This document shows, one piece after another, positions 36,815 to 46,145 of a stretch of 64,000 nt of DNA (position 1 is the first letter of the stretch; every line of letters begins with the position of its first letter). The notes under the pieces were generated by a model. It was given only the letters and a program-made list of their open reading frames with translations, was not told the origin of the DNA and did no database searches. Source of the stretch: Marinimicrobium sp. (lineage in GTDB: Bacteria > Pseudomonadota > Gammaproteobacteria > Pseudomonadales > Cellvibrionaceae); NCBI GenBank assembly GCA_050486405.1, contig JBJHDF010000004.1:118316-182315 (forward strand), given 5' to 3'. The position numbers were made by a program, and so were the translations under genes.

Positions 36815-37771
36815 TCAATCGTTCAAGGCCCCGCCACAACTGCTGCCCTGACCGGCAGTGCAACCGTAGCAGTGATCCGCCACACAGATTTCCTCACCGT
36901 TCATATCCTGCTGCAACAGGTTTCGCAAATGGCGTCTTTTCCCGCCGGCGGGCAGCTGCAGCATCTGATTGAAATCGCAGTCGTAGAGGTAGCCCTGCCA
37001 GTCGACACTCACCAGAGTGCGGCACATGACGCCGTCGAGATTGTGCGGGGAATAATTGTCCTTGAGCAGTTGCATATAGTCGGCAAACTGGTTTTTGGAG
37101 ATCAACATACTGCCAAAGCGCTGGATCGGCATATTGGCGAGGGTAAACAATTCGTTGAACACAATACCGAAGTGGCTGTGCAGCTCGCGCTTGTAGTCGG
37201 ACTCCAGCGCTTTCTGTTCCGGTGGCAGTGTGGGGCCCAGTGGATTGTAAACCAGATTCAGCACCAGGCCGCTGCCGGGCCGGCCATAACCCAGGGCGTT
37301 GAGTTTTTGCAGCGCAGCGATGCTTTTGTCGAACACGCCGTTGCCGCGCTGTTTGTCGACGTTGGCCGGGGAATAGCAGGGCATGGAAGCCACCACTTCC
37401 ACCCGGTGCCGCGCCAGAAACTCCGCCGTGCCCTCGTAGCCCGGCTCCAGCAGAATGGTCAGGTTGCAGCGATCCATGACCCTGACCCCCATAGCGCTGC
37501 AGGTTTCCACCAGCTCGCGGAACTGGCCGTGCATTTCCGGCGCGCCGCCGGTGAGATCCAGGGTGGCGATGTTGCGCGCCTCCAGCACCCGGGGAATCAG
37601 CGCCACATTGTCCGGGGTCATCATTTCCTTGCGCGTGGGACCGGCGTTGACATGACAGTGGACGCAGGTCTGGTTGCAGAGGTAGCCGAGATTGACCTGC
37701 AACGTATCCAGGGGCTTGCGGCGCAACACGGGAAAGTCCGTGGCTTCCAGCAATGGCAGGGTAGCGTGCAT
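36815..37771 (-). CDS. Radical SAM / Cys-rich-domain protein, ArsS-like (TIGR04167-type)
   Basis: 318 aa from ATG 37771. CNQTCVHC radical-SAM cluster motif and C-terminal HCYGCTAGQGSSCGG. Confidence 0.8.
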   Translation of the reverse strand: MHATLPLLEATDFPVLRRKPLDTLQVNLGYLCNQTCVHCHVNAGPTRKEMMTPDNVALIPRVLEARNIATLDLTGGAPEMHGQFRELVETCSAMGVRVMDRCNLTILLEPGYEGTAEFLARHRVEVVASMPCYSPANVDKQRGNGVFDKSIAALQKLNALGYGRPGSGLVLNLVYNPLGPTLPPEQKALESDYKRELHSHFGIVFNELFTLANMPIQRFGSMLISKNQFADYMQLLKDNYSPHNLDGVMCRTLVSVDWQGYLYDCDFNQMLQLPAGGKRRHLRNLLQQDMNGEEICVADHCYGCTAGQGSSCGGALND

Positions 37772-37904
37772 GAGGCGGCTCCTGTTTTTCAGTTTACGAG
37801 CAGGGGTTACAGGCAGAGGCTGTAGACAGGGGATTCTGCTACAATATCTGTCGCAACTCACACCGCATTCTTGCACCCCGAAACAAAACTGTCGAGGCCA
37901 TCTC

Positions 37905-37958
37905 CCTGAAACCTAAAGTCCTGAAACCTAAAGTCCTGAAACCTGAAGTCCTGAAACC
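37905..37958 (+). repeat. 15-bp tandem repeat, 3.6 copies, in the 5' end of the glutaredoxin reading frame
   Basis: cctgaaacctaaagt x2, cctgaaacctgaagt, cctgaaacc. In frame it encodes LKPKV-LKPKV-LKPEV-LKP. Confidence 0.9.
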
Positions 37959-38211
37959 CGTTACCCTGTACAGCTCCCAAAACTGTTCCTATTGTGTCGC
38001 CGCCAAGACTCTATTGCACCGCAAGGGCGTAACCGCGCTGCAGGAAATCGCCGTGGACCGGGAGCCGTCCCGGCGCGAGGAGATGGTGCGCCGCAGCGGG
38101 CGACGCACCGTGCCGCAGATTTTTATCGGCGAACACCATGTGGGCGGCTTCACCGACCTGCTGGCGCTGGAGCGGCAGGGCCAACTGGATGCCCTGCTCG
38201 CGCAATCGTAA
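37906..38211 (+). CDS. Glutaredoxin (Grx3-like, CSYC active site); start codon unresolved
   Basis: VTLYSSQNCSYCVAAKTLL...RRTVPQIFIGEHHVGGFTDL is a clear Grx fold. There is no in-frame ATG/GTG/TTG between the upstream stop (37771-37773) and the CSYC codons. CTG 37906 sits 8 nt after GAGG, and I use it only provisionally. Confidence 0.55.
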   Translation: MKPKVLKPKVLKPEVLKPVTLYSSQNCSYCVAAKTLLHRKGVTALQEIAVDREPSRREEMVRRSGRRTVPQIFIGEHHVGGFTDLLALERQGQLDALLAQS

Positions 38212-38213
38212 AT

Positions 38214-38735
38214 TTATCTCATCCTCACCGGGTGATACTCATACTCACAGTAAGCCCCGTTGAGACGACAGACCCGCAGAATGGAATAGAGGGTCTGTGG
38301 CACCTGGTAGATCAGATGGCCGACGTCAGTCACAAAGTCATCAAAACCGCAGGCCATGGTGAAATCGGGATAGTACTGACACAGGCGCAGACCGCTCTGG
38401 TCGCACTGGCGTCCGGCACCGCAGCGTTCGCTGTACACCAGGGTGCTGCCGGTCAATGAAGGAATATCATTGACCCGGTATTCCACGCGGTAGTCGGCAT
38501 GGCTGCGCACATTCCAGTAGATTTCAAACAGACCGTCGTCAACGTAGGGGTCGACAATCAGCAATGGGTCGTACTCGTCTTCGGTACTCACCCCGTAGCT
38601 GTCGATAAAGTGGAAGGCGCGCAGCTCCGGTTCCGCGAAGGAACCGGGAGGAGGATCCAGTTGCCGCGCTTCGCCGCCACAGGCGGTGACCAAAGCCAGT
38701 GCAGAGACAATCAGCAGACATTTGACGGGATTCAT
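38214..38735 (-). CDS. Cys-rich lipoprotein, unknown function
   Basis: 173 aa. Lipobox LVTACGG and seven further cysteines. Lies 77 nt downstream of the ABC-2 permease gene. Confidence 0.6.
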   Translation of the reverse strand: MNPVKCLLIVSALALVTACGGEARQLDPPPGSFAEPELRAFHFIDSYGVSTEDEYDPLLIVDPYVDDGLFEIYWNVRSHADYRVEYRVNDIPSLTGSTLVYSERCGAGRQCDQSGLRLCQYYPDFTMACGFDDFVTDVGHLIYQVPQTLYSILRVCRLNGAYCEYEYHPVRMR

Positions 38736-38812
38736 GGCAATACTCCTTCAGTCCTGGGCACTTGTCTTTAGACTAATGCCCCCAGACTGAATCCAGCCTG
38801 AACAAAAGTTGT

Positions 38813-39997
38813 CTATCCGTAGACAATCTTCCCGCGCCGCAGTTGCGCTGCGGCCAGCAGCCAGGCCAGTACTGCCAGTGGCGCGGCAGTGAGCCAGACT
38901 TGCAGCAGGGCCAGCGACGGCAGCTCGCCGCCCAGCAGCAGCTCGCGGATGCCCACCTGCTGGGCCAGCACCGGCACCCAGTAGAACCAGTCGGCCGGCA
39001 CGCCCGGGCTGAACATGGTGAAGAAAAAGGGAACCAGCGGCAGCAGGGTCATCAGGCCGATATAGGTCTGGGCGTCCTTGAAGGAGCGGGCGAAAATCGC
39101 CACCAGCAGTTGCAGGCTCACCGCCATCAGCACGATGGGCAGGGTTATGGCGACTATGCCCAGATGCTGGCCCCAGCCCACGTCCACGCGCAGGCCCAGT
39201 TGATTGAAGGGAATAAGCGCCATACACAGGCCCAATCCCACCAGTAACAGCCCCACCACCAGTAAGGTCAGCAACACACAGGTGAGCCACTTGCCCAGCA
39301 TCAGCGCCGGGGACGAGGCCGGGGTGATCAGCAGCGATTCCAGGGAACGGCGCTCGCGCTCGCCGGCGGTCATGTCGGCGGAAAAACCGACGCTGCCGAT
39401 AAACGCGCTCATCAGGATAAACATGGGCACGGCGCCGAGCAGAAAGCCGGCCATGCGGCGGTCGCTGGCGACATTGCTCTCGCGCAGCACCACCGGCTGC
39501 ACCAGTTCCGGGCTGACGCCTCGCGCCAGGATGCGCAGGCTCGCCTCCTGGCGGCTCCAGGCGTTGATCTGCTGGCGGACAAAATGCAGGCTGCCGTGCA
39601 CCGAGGGATTGGCGGCGTCGTACACCAGCCAGAGAGTGGCGGAACGGAACCCGGCGTACTCGGCGGCGGCGGCCTCGGGCACGATCAGGCCGTATTCGAT
39701 CTCGCGATTTTCCACGGCGGCGTAGATATCCTCGCGGCTCTCGTCCAACTCCACCCCCTGCTCGCGCAGCCAGTTCATCAGTTGCGGCAGATGTTCGGCG
39801 CCGGCCACCGCCAGCCGGGTGTCGCCGCCGGTGCCGCTCTGCCCCATATGGATGGCAAACAGGGAACTGCCGGCAAAGGCGAGAATGAAATACACCGGCA
39901 TCAGAAACGCCAGACGCAGGGAGCGCTTGTCGCGCAGGGCGTCCAGCACCTCCTTGCGCCAGACGGTGAGCACGGTGTGCCAGCGGGAATCAGCCAC
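38813..39997 (-). CDS. ABC-2 type transporter permease (NatB-like)
   Basis: 394 aa, GTG start overlapping the ATPase stop by 8 nt. N-terminal TM, large periplasmic loop, then 5-6 C-terminal TMs. Confidence 0.75.
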   Translation of the reverse strand: MADSRWHTVLTVWRKEVLDALRDKRSLRLAFLMPVYFILAFAGSSLFAIHMGQSGTGGDTRLAVAGAEHLPQLMNWLREQGVELDESREDIYAAVENREIEYGLIVPEAAAAEYAGFRSATLWLVYDAANPSVHGSLHFVRQQINAWSRQEASLRILARGVSPELVQPVVLRESNVASDRRMAGFLLGAVPMFILMSAFIGSVGFSADMTAGERERRSLESLLITPASSPALMLGKWLTCVLLTLLVVGLLLVGLGLCMALIPFNQLGLRVDVGWGQHLGIVAITLPIVLMAVSLQLLVAIFARSFKDAQTYIGLMTLLPLVPFFFTMFSPGVPADWFYWVPVLAQQVGIRELLLGGELPSLALLQVWLTAAPLAVLAWLLAAAQLRRGKIVYG

Positions 39998-40739
39998 GGG
40001 CCACCTCCTCCGCTCCGGTCAGTTTCACGAAAGCGTCCTCCAGATTACTTTCGCCGGCCCGCTCGACAACCTCGGCCACGGTGCCGTCGGCGACAATGCG
40101 CCCCCGGGCGATCAGGATCACCCGATCGCACAGGTTGTTGACTTCGTGCATCAGGTGACTGGAAAAGAGCACGCAGCGACCCCGGTCACGCAGGGTGAGC
40201 AACAGCTTGCGCACCGCCCGGGTGGTGATCACATCCAGGCCATTGGTGGGCTCATCCAGCAGGATATGGGACGGCTGGTGGACTATGGCCCGGGCCAGGG
40301 CGGTTTTCATGCGCTCGCCCAGGGAAAAGCCCTCGGCCCGGCGTTCGGCGATGCCGGCCATGCCCAGCAGATCGATCAGCTCGTCGCTGTGCCGCTGCAG
40401 GTCGGCCTCGGCCATACCGTGCAGGCGGCCGAAATAGGCGATGTTCTCGCGGGCGGTGAGACGCCGGTAGAGACCGGTGTCGTCCGGCAGCACCCCCAGG
40501 CGGCGGCGCGCGGCGTTGGCCCGGGTCCGCACGTCCAGACCGTCCACCCGGATACTGCCGGCACTGGGCTCCAACAGGCCGTAGATCAGGCGCATCAGGG
40601 TGGTCTTGCCGGCGCCGTTGAGTCCCAGCAGGCCGACGATCTGGCCGTTGGGCAGTTCCAGATTCACGTCCTGCAGGGCCTGGACCAGGCCGCTGCGGGC
40701 GGTGCCGAAGTGCTTGCTGAGGTTCTGTATTTCAATCAC
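39990..40739 (-). CDS. ABC transporter ATP-binding protein
   Basis: 249 aa. Walker A GLNGAGKTT, signature FSLGERMK (LSGG-like), Walker B ILLDEPTNGLD. GTGA overlap with the upstream hydrolase gene. Confidence 0.88.
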   Translation of the reverse strand: MIEIQNLSKHFGTARSGLVQALQDVNLELPNGQIVGLLGLNGAGKTTLMRLIYGLLEPSAGSIRVDGLDVRTRANAARRRLGVLPDDTGLYRRLTARENIAYFGRLHGMAEADLQRHSDELIDLLGMAGIAERRAEGFSLGERMKTALARAIVHQPSHILLDEPTNGLDVITTRAVRKLLLTLRDRGRCVLFSSHLMHEVNNLCDRVILIARGRIVADGTVAEVVERAGESNLEDAFVKLTGAEEVARG

Positions 40740-42250
40740 GGTGCCGCGTCCTCCGGCTCGGTGCCCATATCCCGCAAGGGGGGCAGCGGGGCTATGGCCT
40801 GGATGCAGGTGGTATCCAGGTCGCGGTGATGTCCGGCGTCGACAAAGCGCTCAATCAGGCGCCGGGCGCAGCCGTGGTAGGTGACGCCGTGGTGGGCGCC
40901 CGGCGCCACCAGGTGCAGGCCGTTGTCCAGGCCGGCGGCCATCTGCTCACCCCAGCGCGGCGGCGTCACCGGGTCCAGATCGCCGGACAGCAACAGCGCC
41001 GGCACCGGGCTGGTCACCGGCCGGTAGTACTCCTCCGCCATGGGCACCACCGGCCAGAAATCACAGATTTGTGTAAAGACGTCGGTCAGCTCCAGCCCCA
41101 GTAGAGGTTGCGACTGTTCCAACCCCAACTGCCGGACCAGGGAAAAATCCTCGGCGCAGACCACGCTGTAGTGCAGGGCCAGGTTGATGCCCAGTTGGGC
41201 CTGCTGACCTTCTGCCAGCAGCCATAGCACCGCCAGGGTGCTGTAGTCCCCCTCGTAGGCGCGGGCCACGGCCACCGGCAACATCCGGGACAGTTCGCGG
41301 CTGTAGAGCACCATGCGCAGCAGGCCGACAAACGCCTGATCGCTGAGTTGCACCTGGGTTTCCCGGCCACTGCGCGGGTGCGCCAGGGTGACGGACACCG
41401 GCTCCCCGGCCAGGCGCCGGACCACCGCCTCGGCCCGGGGCAGCAGCGGCCCCTGGGTCCCGGCGCACCAGGCATCGGCGGTGCAGTGCTCGTGCAACAG
41501 TTCCAGGGCACGGCCGGCGTCCTCGCCGCTGTGCCAGGGCAGTGCCAGGGCTACCGGCGCGGCGCCGTCGAGCACCACACTGCGTACGCTGTCGCCGTGG
41601 CGGCGCAGCATCTCCGTGGCCAGGCGGGTGCCGTAAGAGATACCCCAGAGATTGATCTTGTCGTAACCCAATGCCCGGCGCACCCAGTCCAGATCGTCCG
41701 CCGCCTGCACCGTGGTAAACAGCGTCGCCGGGTGCTCCAGAGCTGCAGCGCAGTCAGCCAACGCTTCCAGCCAAGGGGCCAGATCCAGTAACAAGTCCAA
41801 CCCTGGGCTACGCAACTCATCCAGATCACACGCCAGGGGCGCGGATTGACCGGTGCCGCGCTGGTCCACAAACACCAGATCCCGGGAGCGGCGGATATCG
41901 CCGAAAAAGTGCAGCAGCGTCTCTGCCTGCTCCACCGCCGCCTGTCCGGGGCCACCCACCAGCACGAACAAAGGGTCCGGTTCCGGCGCCGGGGCAATGG
42001 CCGGCAGCAACAATACATTCAGGGAGATCTGCTCGCCGTCGGGGTCATTCGGGTCAAGCGGCACCGGCAGGGTACCGCAGCGGGCACCGCTGACCAGCGG
42101 TGGCTTGCCCGTTTCGGCAAAGCCGGGGCACAGGTCCAGCACCTGCTCCACAGCGTTACCCCGGGCGCTGCCGCCCCCGGGGTCGCAACCGACAATCAGG
42201 GCCAGGGCCAGGGAGAGAACCAGTCTCTGCAACGGAATGCTCACAGTCAT
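40736..42250 (-). CDS. Lipoprotein alpha/beta hydrolase (tripeptidyl-aminopeptidase/TAP-like)
   Basis: 504 aa. Lipobox LIVGC, nucleophile elbow WGISYGT, C-terminal LLLSGDLDPVTP...GAHHG as in TAP-like C-terminal domains. Confidence 0.75.
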   Translation of the reverse strand: MTVSIPLQRLVLSLALALIVGCDPGGGSARGNAVEQVLDLCPGFAETGKPPLVSGARCGTLPVPLDPNDPDGEQISLNVLLLPAIAPAPEPDPLFVLVGGPGQAAVEQAETLLHFFGDIRRSRDLVFVDQRGTGQSAPLACDLDELRSPGLDLLLDLAPWLEALADCAAALEHPATLFTTVQAADDLDWVRRALGYDKINLWGISYGTRLATEMLRRHGDSVRSVVLDGAAPVALALPWHSGEDAGRALELLHEHCTADAWCAGTQGPLLPRAEAVVRRLAGEPVSVTLAHPRSGRETQVQLSDQAFVGLLRMVLYSRELSRMLPVAVARAYEGDYSTLAVLWLLAEGQQAQLGINLALHYSVVCAEDFSLVRQLGLEQSQPLLGLELTDVFTQICDFWPVVPMAEEYYRPVTSPVPALLLSGDLDPVTPPRWGEQMAAGLDNGLHLVAPGAHHGVTYHGCARRLIERFVDAGHHRDLDTTCIQAIAPLPPLRDMGTEPEDAAP

Positions 42251-42258
42251 GATCCCGC

Positions 42259-43740
42259 TCAGGCCGGCACGGTGCGCTCGGCGGCCCAGTGGCGCAACTG
42301 CTGGATCTGCTCGGCCATCACCACCGACAGGGGGCTGGTGTCGTTGATCTCGCGCAGCAACTGCTCGGTGTTCATGGCGCCACCCTGGGCGGCGGCGCTG
42401 TAACAGGCGGCGACCACCGCCTGTTCGATCTCAGCGCCGGAGAAACCCTCGCTGGCGGCGCTGAGCTGTTCCAGGTCGAACTCCGCCGGGTCCAGACCCC
42501 GCTTTTTCAGGTGGATATCGAAAATGATGCGGCGCACCGGCTCGTCGGGGAAGTCGACAAAGAAGATTTCATCCAGGCGGCCCTTGCGGATCAGCTCCGG
42601 CGGCAGGCGGCTGATGTCGTTGCTGGTGGCGGTGAGGAACACCCGGTTCTTGCGCTCGGCCATCCAGGTCAGCAGAGTGCCCAGCACCCGCTGGGAGGTG
42701 CCACCGTCGTTGTCGCTGCGCGACATGGCCTTTTCGATCTCGTCCATCCAGAGCACGCAGGGCGCCATGGCATCGGCCATTTTCAGGGCCTCGCGCAGGT
42801 TGCGTTCGGTTTCGCCGTGGTACTTGTTGTACAGGGCGCCCATGTCCAAGCGCAGCAGGGGCAGCCCCCAGGTGCCGGCCACCGCCTTGGCGGCCAGGCT
42901 CTTGCCGCCACCCTGCACCCCCAGCAGCATGATGCCCCGGGGCGGGTCCAGATTGCCGTTGCCCTCGGCGATAAAGGCCGCCTTGCGGGCATTGAGCCAG
43001 CGCTTGAGGTTGGCCAGACCGCCCACCTGGGAAAAGTCGGCGGTTTCGTATTCGAAGCTCATCACCCCTTCCATGTCCAGCAACTCGAACTTGGCCTTGT
43101 TCACCGCCGGGATGTCCGCCTCGGTGATGGCGCCGTCCTGCCAGATGGCAATGCGCACCAGCCGGCGCACGTCGCTGACGCTCAGGCCCTGGAGGTTGGC
43201 CACCAGCTTGCGCAGGGTGACGTTGTCGGTCTTCACCCGGACATTGCTGTTGCGGTCGGACCAGTTTTTCGCCTCCTCGCGGATGATGGCCATGATGCGC
43301 TCGTCGCTGGGCAGCGACAGGCTGAAGGTAGCGCTGTAGCGCAGCAGTTCCGGCGGCAATTTCAGCTTGTGGCTGAGAAACACCAGGGTATGGGGCACCG
43401 CCAGGTGATTGAGGGCGATGTCCTTGATCAGCCGCACCAGTTGCGGCTGATCGAGAAAGGGGTGCATGTCGCACAGGGCGAACAGGCCCGCCTCGGCCCG
43501 GGCCTTGATGTGCATGAGCACCTCCCCGGGTTCGCTGTGGGTCGTGCCCTGCGGCACCAGTTGGGGGCCGAAGCCAATACGGGCCAGGCCGTCGGTGACG
43601 GACCAGCGCTGCAGGTCCTTGCCCTGCTGCCGGGCGGTACGCAGCAGCATATCCAGGGCCTTTTTCTCCTCGTGGGTCTCGATGACCACCAGAGGGATGC
43701 GCGAATCCAGTATCAGCTTCAGATCGTTGGCATTGTCCAT
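42259..43740 (-). CDS. AAA+ ATPase with about 250-aa N-terminal domain (Ycf46-like architecture)
   Basis: 493 aa. Walker A GVQGGGKS, Walker B VLWMDEIEK, sensor/arginine region SNDISRLPPELIRKGRLDEIFFV. Its stop is 8 nt from the hydrolase ATG. Confidence 0.8.
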   Translation of the reverse strand: MDNANDLKLILDSRIPLVVIETHEEKKALDMLLRTARQQGKDLQRWSVTDGLARIGFGPQLVPQGTTHSEPGEVLMHIKARAEAGLFALCDMHPFLDQPQLVRLIKDIALNHLAVPHTLVFLSHKLKLPPELLRYSATFSLSLPSDERIMAIIREEAKNWSDRNSNVRVKTDNVTLRKLVANLQGLSVSDVRRLVRIAIWQDGAITEADIPAVNKAKFELLDMEGVMSFEYETADFSQVGGLANLKRWLNARKAAFIAEGNGNLDPPRGIMLLGVQGGGKSLAAKAVAGTWGLPLLRLDMGALYNKYHGETERNLREALKMADAMAPCVLWMDEIEKAMSRSDNDGGTSQRVLGTLLTWMAERKNRVFLTATSNDISRLPPELIRKGRLDEIFFVDFPDEPVRRIIFDIHLKKRGLDPAEFDLEQLSAASEGFSGAEIEQAVVAACYSAAAQGGAMNTEQLLREINDTSPLSVVMAEQIQQLRHWAAERTVPA

Positions 43741-43824
43741 GCTTGCATTTTCTCCGTTCTTGCCTTAGAAGGTAGGAACGCGCCATGATAGCAGACTCGA
43801 TTCGCGCCCTGTCAGGAGGACTTG

Positions 43825-44589
43825 ATGCAAGGCTGCGCCGCCACCCGGCAAACCAGCAGAAACCCCCGATTCGGTGCAAAGCTCAGGAGGGGGATTCTGC
43901 TCGTATACCTATTGGCCTGGGGCGCCACCGCTGAGACGCGCCCGCTAATTGTCTTCTCCTGCTGGGTTCCCCCGCAGTTCACCGCCTACGGCGAAATGGA
44001 AGTCCTCTATCGGGACGCCTTCGACGCCCTGGGCTATGACTTCCAGATGCAGCACAGACCCAGCCAACGCTCCCTGCAGGAAGCCGTGCACGGTGTTACC
44101 GACGGCGAGTGCATTCGCACCGGCAATGTGCTGACGCGCAGTGAAGACTTCGAACTGATTCGGGTGGACGCTCTGCTGGTGACTGCGGACCTGGAAGCCT
44201 GGGGCACCGAAAAGCCTGAGGAGTCAACCCGGTTCAGTTCCATGGCTGACCTGGCCCAGGGCGATTATCGCATCGGCTACCCCAGGGGCGCCGAAGCCGT
44301 GCCGGAACTGATCGCCCGATTTCAAGTGGAGAACACTCACCCGGTGGCTAACCCCGAGGTGGGACTGCGCATGCTGGCCGCCGGGCGGCTGGACTTTTAC
44401 GTGGACACCGGCCCTGTTATTCGTATGACACTGCGAGAGATGGATTTGCCCGTGCCGCTTTACGCCGTTGGCAAACTGATGCCGCTGGAAGGTTATCCCT
44501 ACCTGAACCGCCGTCACCAGCATCTGCTGCCGGATCTGGCCAGGGAACTGCGCGCGCGCCTGTCACCGGAGGGGCTCAGTCAGCACTGA
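43825..44589 (+). CDS. Periplasmic solute-binding-protein-like protein (type 2 PBP fold)
   Basis: 254 aa from ATG 43825 (AGGAGGA upstream). Signal-like LLVYLLAWGATAE. Assigned from general similarity to family-3 SBPs; weak call. Confidence 0.45.
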   Translation: MQGCAATRQTSRNPRFGAKLRRGILLVYLLAWGATAETRPLIVFSCWVPPQFTAYGEMEVLYRDAFDALGYDFQMQHRPSQRSLQEAVHGVTDGECIRTGNVLTRSEDFELIRVDALLVTADLEAWGTEKPEESTRFSSMADLAQGDYRIGYPRGAEAVPELIARFQVENTHPVANPEVGLRMLAAGRLDFYVDTGPVIRMTLREMDLPVPLYAVGKLMPLEGYPYLNRRHQHLLPDLARELRARLSPEGLSQH

Positions 44590-44616
44590 GGCACCCTTTT
44601 CTGCTAGACTGGGGCC

Positions 44617-45264
44617 ATGACCCGCACCCGACTCTCCCCGCTTGACCAACTCGTTGCGCAGTTTGATCGCGCCCTGCGCACCTGTACCGGCGTCGATCGC
44701 GCCGAAGCCCGGCGCCCCTCGCCAGCCCAGGGCATGCCAGAGGCTGAACTCAGCGCCCGGGAGACGCGACACGCCGCTGGCCTGATGCGCGTCAACCACT
44801 CGGGGGAGGTATGCGCCCAAGCCCTTTATCAGGGTCAGGCGCTCACCGCCAGACTGCCCACCGTGCGCCGGGAAATGGAGGAGGCCGCCGCTGAGGAGGT
44901 CGATCATCTGGTCTGGTGCGAGCAGCGGCTGGAAGCGTTGGGCAGCCACACCAGCTATCTCAACCCCTTGTGGTATGGCCTGTCGTTTGCTCTGGGCGCC
45001 GGCGCGGGATTGATCGGCGACCGGGTGAGCCTGGGCTTTGTGGCCGCCACCGAGCAGCAGGTGTGCAGGCACCTGGAGGGTCATCTGGCCAGCCTGCCGG
45101 AGCAGGACTTGCCCAGCCGCGCCGTGGTAGGTCAGATGCTGGAGGATGAGGCCAAACACGCCGACACGGCCCTGGCGGCCGGTGGTCTGGATTTTCCGGC
45201 GCCGGTAAAAGCCGCCATGACGCTGGTGTCAAGGGCCATGACCGCCACCAGCTATCGTCTATAA
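44617..45264 (+). CDS. coq7: Demethoxyubiquinone hydroxylase Coq7 (di-iron carboxylate)
   Basis: 215 aa. [23 protein letters not shown] and EDEAKH di-iron motifs. Proximity to vfr as in P. aeruginosa. Confidence 0.88.
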   Translation: MTRTRLSPLDQLVAQFDRALRTCTGVDRAEARRPSPAQGMPEAELSARETRHAAGLMRVNHSGEVCAQALYQGQALTARLPTVRREMEEAAAEEVDHLVWCEQRLEALGSHTSYLNPLWYGLSFALGAGAGLIGDRVSLGFVAATEQQVCRHLEGHLASLPEQDLPSRAVVGQMLEDEAKHADTALAAGGLDFPAPVKAAMTLVSRAMTATSYRL

Positions 45265-45268
45265 CTAA

Positions 45269-45302
45269 CCGCCCAATATTTCATCCCTGAAATATTGGGC
45301 GG
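45269..45302. terminator. 15-bp perfect hairpin after coq7 (terminator or REP-type structure)
   Basis: ccgcccaatatttca-tccc-tgaaatattgggcgg. No clear T-run. Followed by a second 10-bp inverted repeat, cctatgaaat (45306-45315) / atttcatagg (45345-45354). Confidence 0.5.
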
Positions 45303-45382
45303 TCGCCTATGAAATCCTGGCGCAACTGCGCGGAGTTGCTTGAATTTCATAGGCTCGCGCCCGGGCTTCGCCCGGCGGGCAG

Positions 45383-45419
45383 CAGAGCCCGCCCCGCGAG
45401 CGAAGCGAGTGCTTTGGGC
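45383..45419 (+). repeat. GC-rich REP/MITE-family repeat copy A
   Basis: cagagcccgccccgcgagcgaagcgagtgctttgggc, 35/37 identical to 47709-47745. Confidence 0.8.
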
Positions 45420-45457
45420 GCATCCATGTGCTGCGGGTTACCGCTCTGCTGGCGCGA

Positions 45458-45877
45458 TCAGGTGTTCTCGATTTGATAATCGTGGGTGATCTCCACTCCC
45501 GCGGCCTCCAGCATGATGGAGGCTGAACAGTATTTGGTGGCGGACAGTTCCACTGCGCGCTTCACCTGACTTTCCTTGAGTTCCCGGCCCGATACCACAA
45601 AATGCAGGTGTATCCGGGTAAATGGCGATGGCACGCCCTCGGCCCGCTCGGCGCTCAATTCCACGCGGCAATCGGCCACCTGCTGGCGGGCCTTGCCGAG
45701 AATACTCATGACGTCAAAGGCGGAGCAGCCACCCAGGCCCAGCAGCAGCATCTCCATGGGCCGCACCCCGGTGTTGCGCCCGCCGTGATCTGGCGGGCCG
45801 TCCATCACCACCGAGTGCCCACTGCCGGATTCACCGAGAAACTGGGCGCCATCCACCCACTTGACTGTTGCCTTCAT
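45458..45877 (-). CDS. OsmC-family peroxiredoxin-like protein
   Basis: 139 aa from ATG 45877. LLGLGGCSAFDV and ATKYCSAS contain the two conserved Cys of OsmC/Ohr folds. Divergent from crp/vfr. Confidence 0.8.
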   Translation of the reverse strand: MKATVKWVDGAQFLGESGSGHSVVMDGPPDHGGRNTGVRPMEMLLLGLGGCSAFDVMSILGKARQQVADCRVELSAERAEGVPSPFTRIHLHFVVSGRELKESQVKRAVELSATKYCSASIMLEAAGVEITHDYQIENT

Positions 45878-46145
45878 GCTGACCTCTTGTACCAATAACC
45901 AATTCCGGAGAATCCGGACAACTTTTTCGCCGTGGCGCTGTCCCACAAAACGGCCGCCAGCTTATCACAGGGCGTCGCAAAGTGGACATTGTCGCAATTT
46001 CCCGCTGCAAATGCGGCCATTTACCAACTTTTAGTAGACAACAGAATTCTCCGGGCTTATAACTGCAACATCACAGCAGCGCCTCAACCCCGCGACACTC
46101 CGGGGCTTTCTTGTTGAGACAAATAATACGGAAAGGAGTTGAACC

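Noticed and set aside
37905-37958. 15-bp tandem repeat considered as a CRISPR-like array.
   Set aside because: The units are contiguous with no spacers, there are only 3.6 copies, they lie in-frame within a coding region, and there are no cas genes in the window.
38011-38205. 64-aa minus-strand ORF and the TTG-initiated 65-aa plus-strand ORF at the glutaredoxin locus.
   Set aside because: The minus ORF is an antisense shadow. The TTG 38014 version would delete the CSYC active site and the first beta-strand of an otherwise intact Grx fold.
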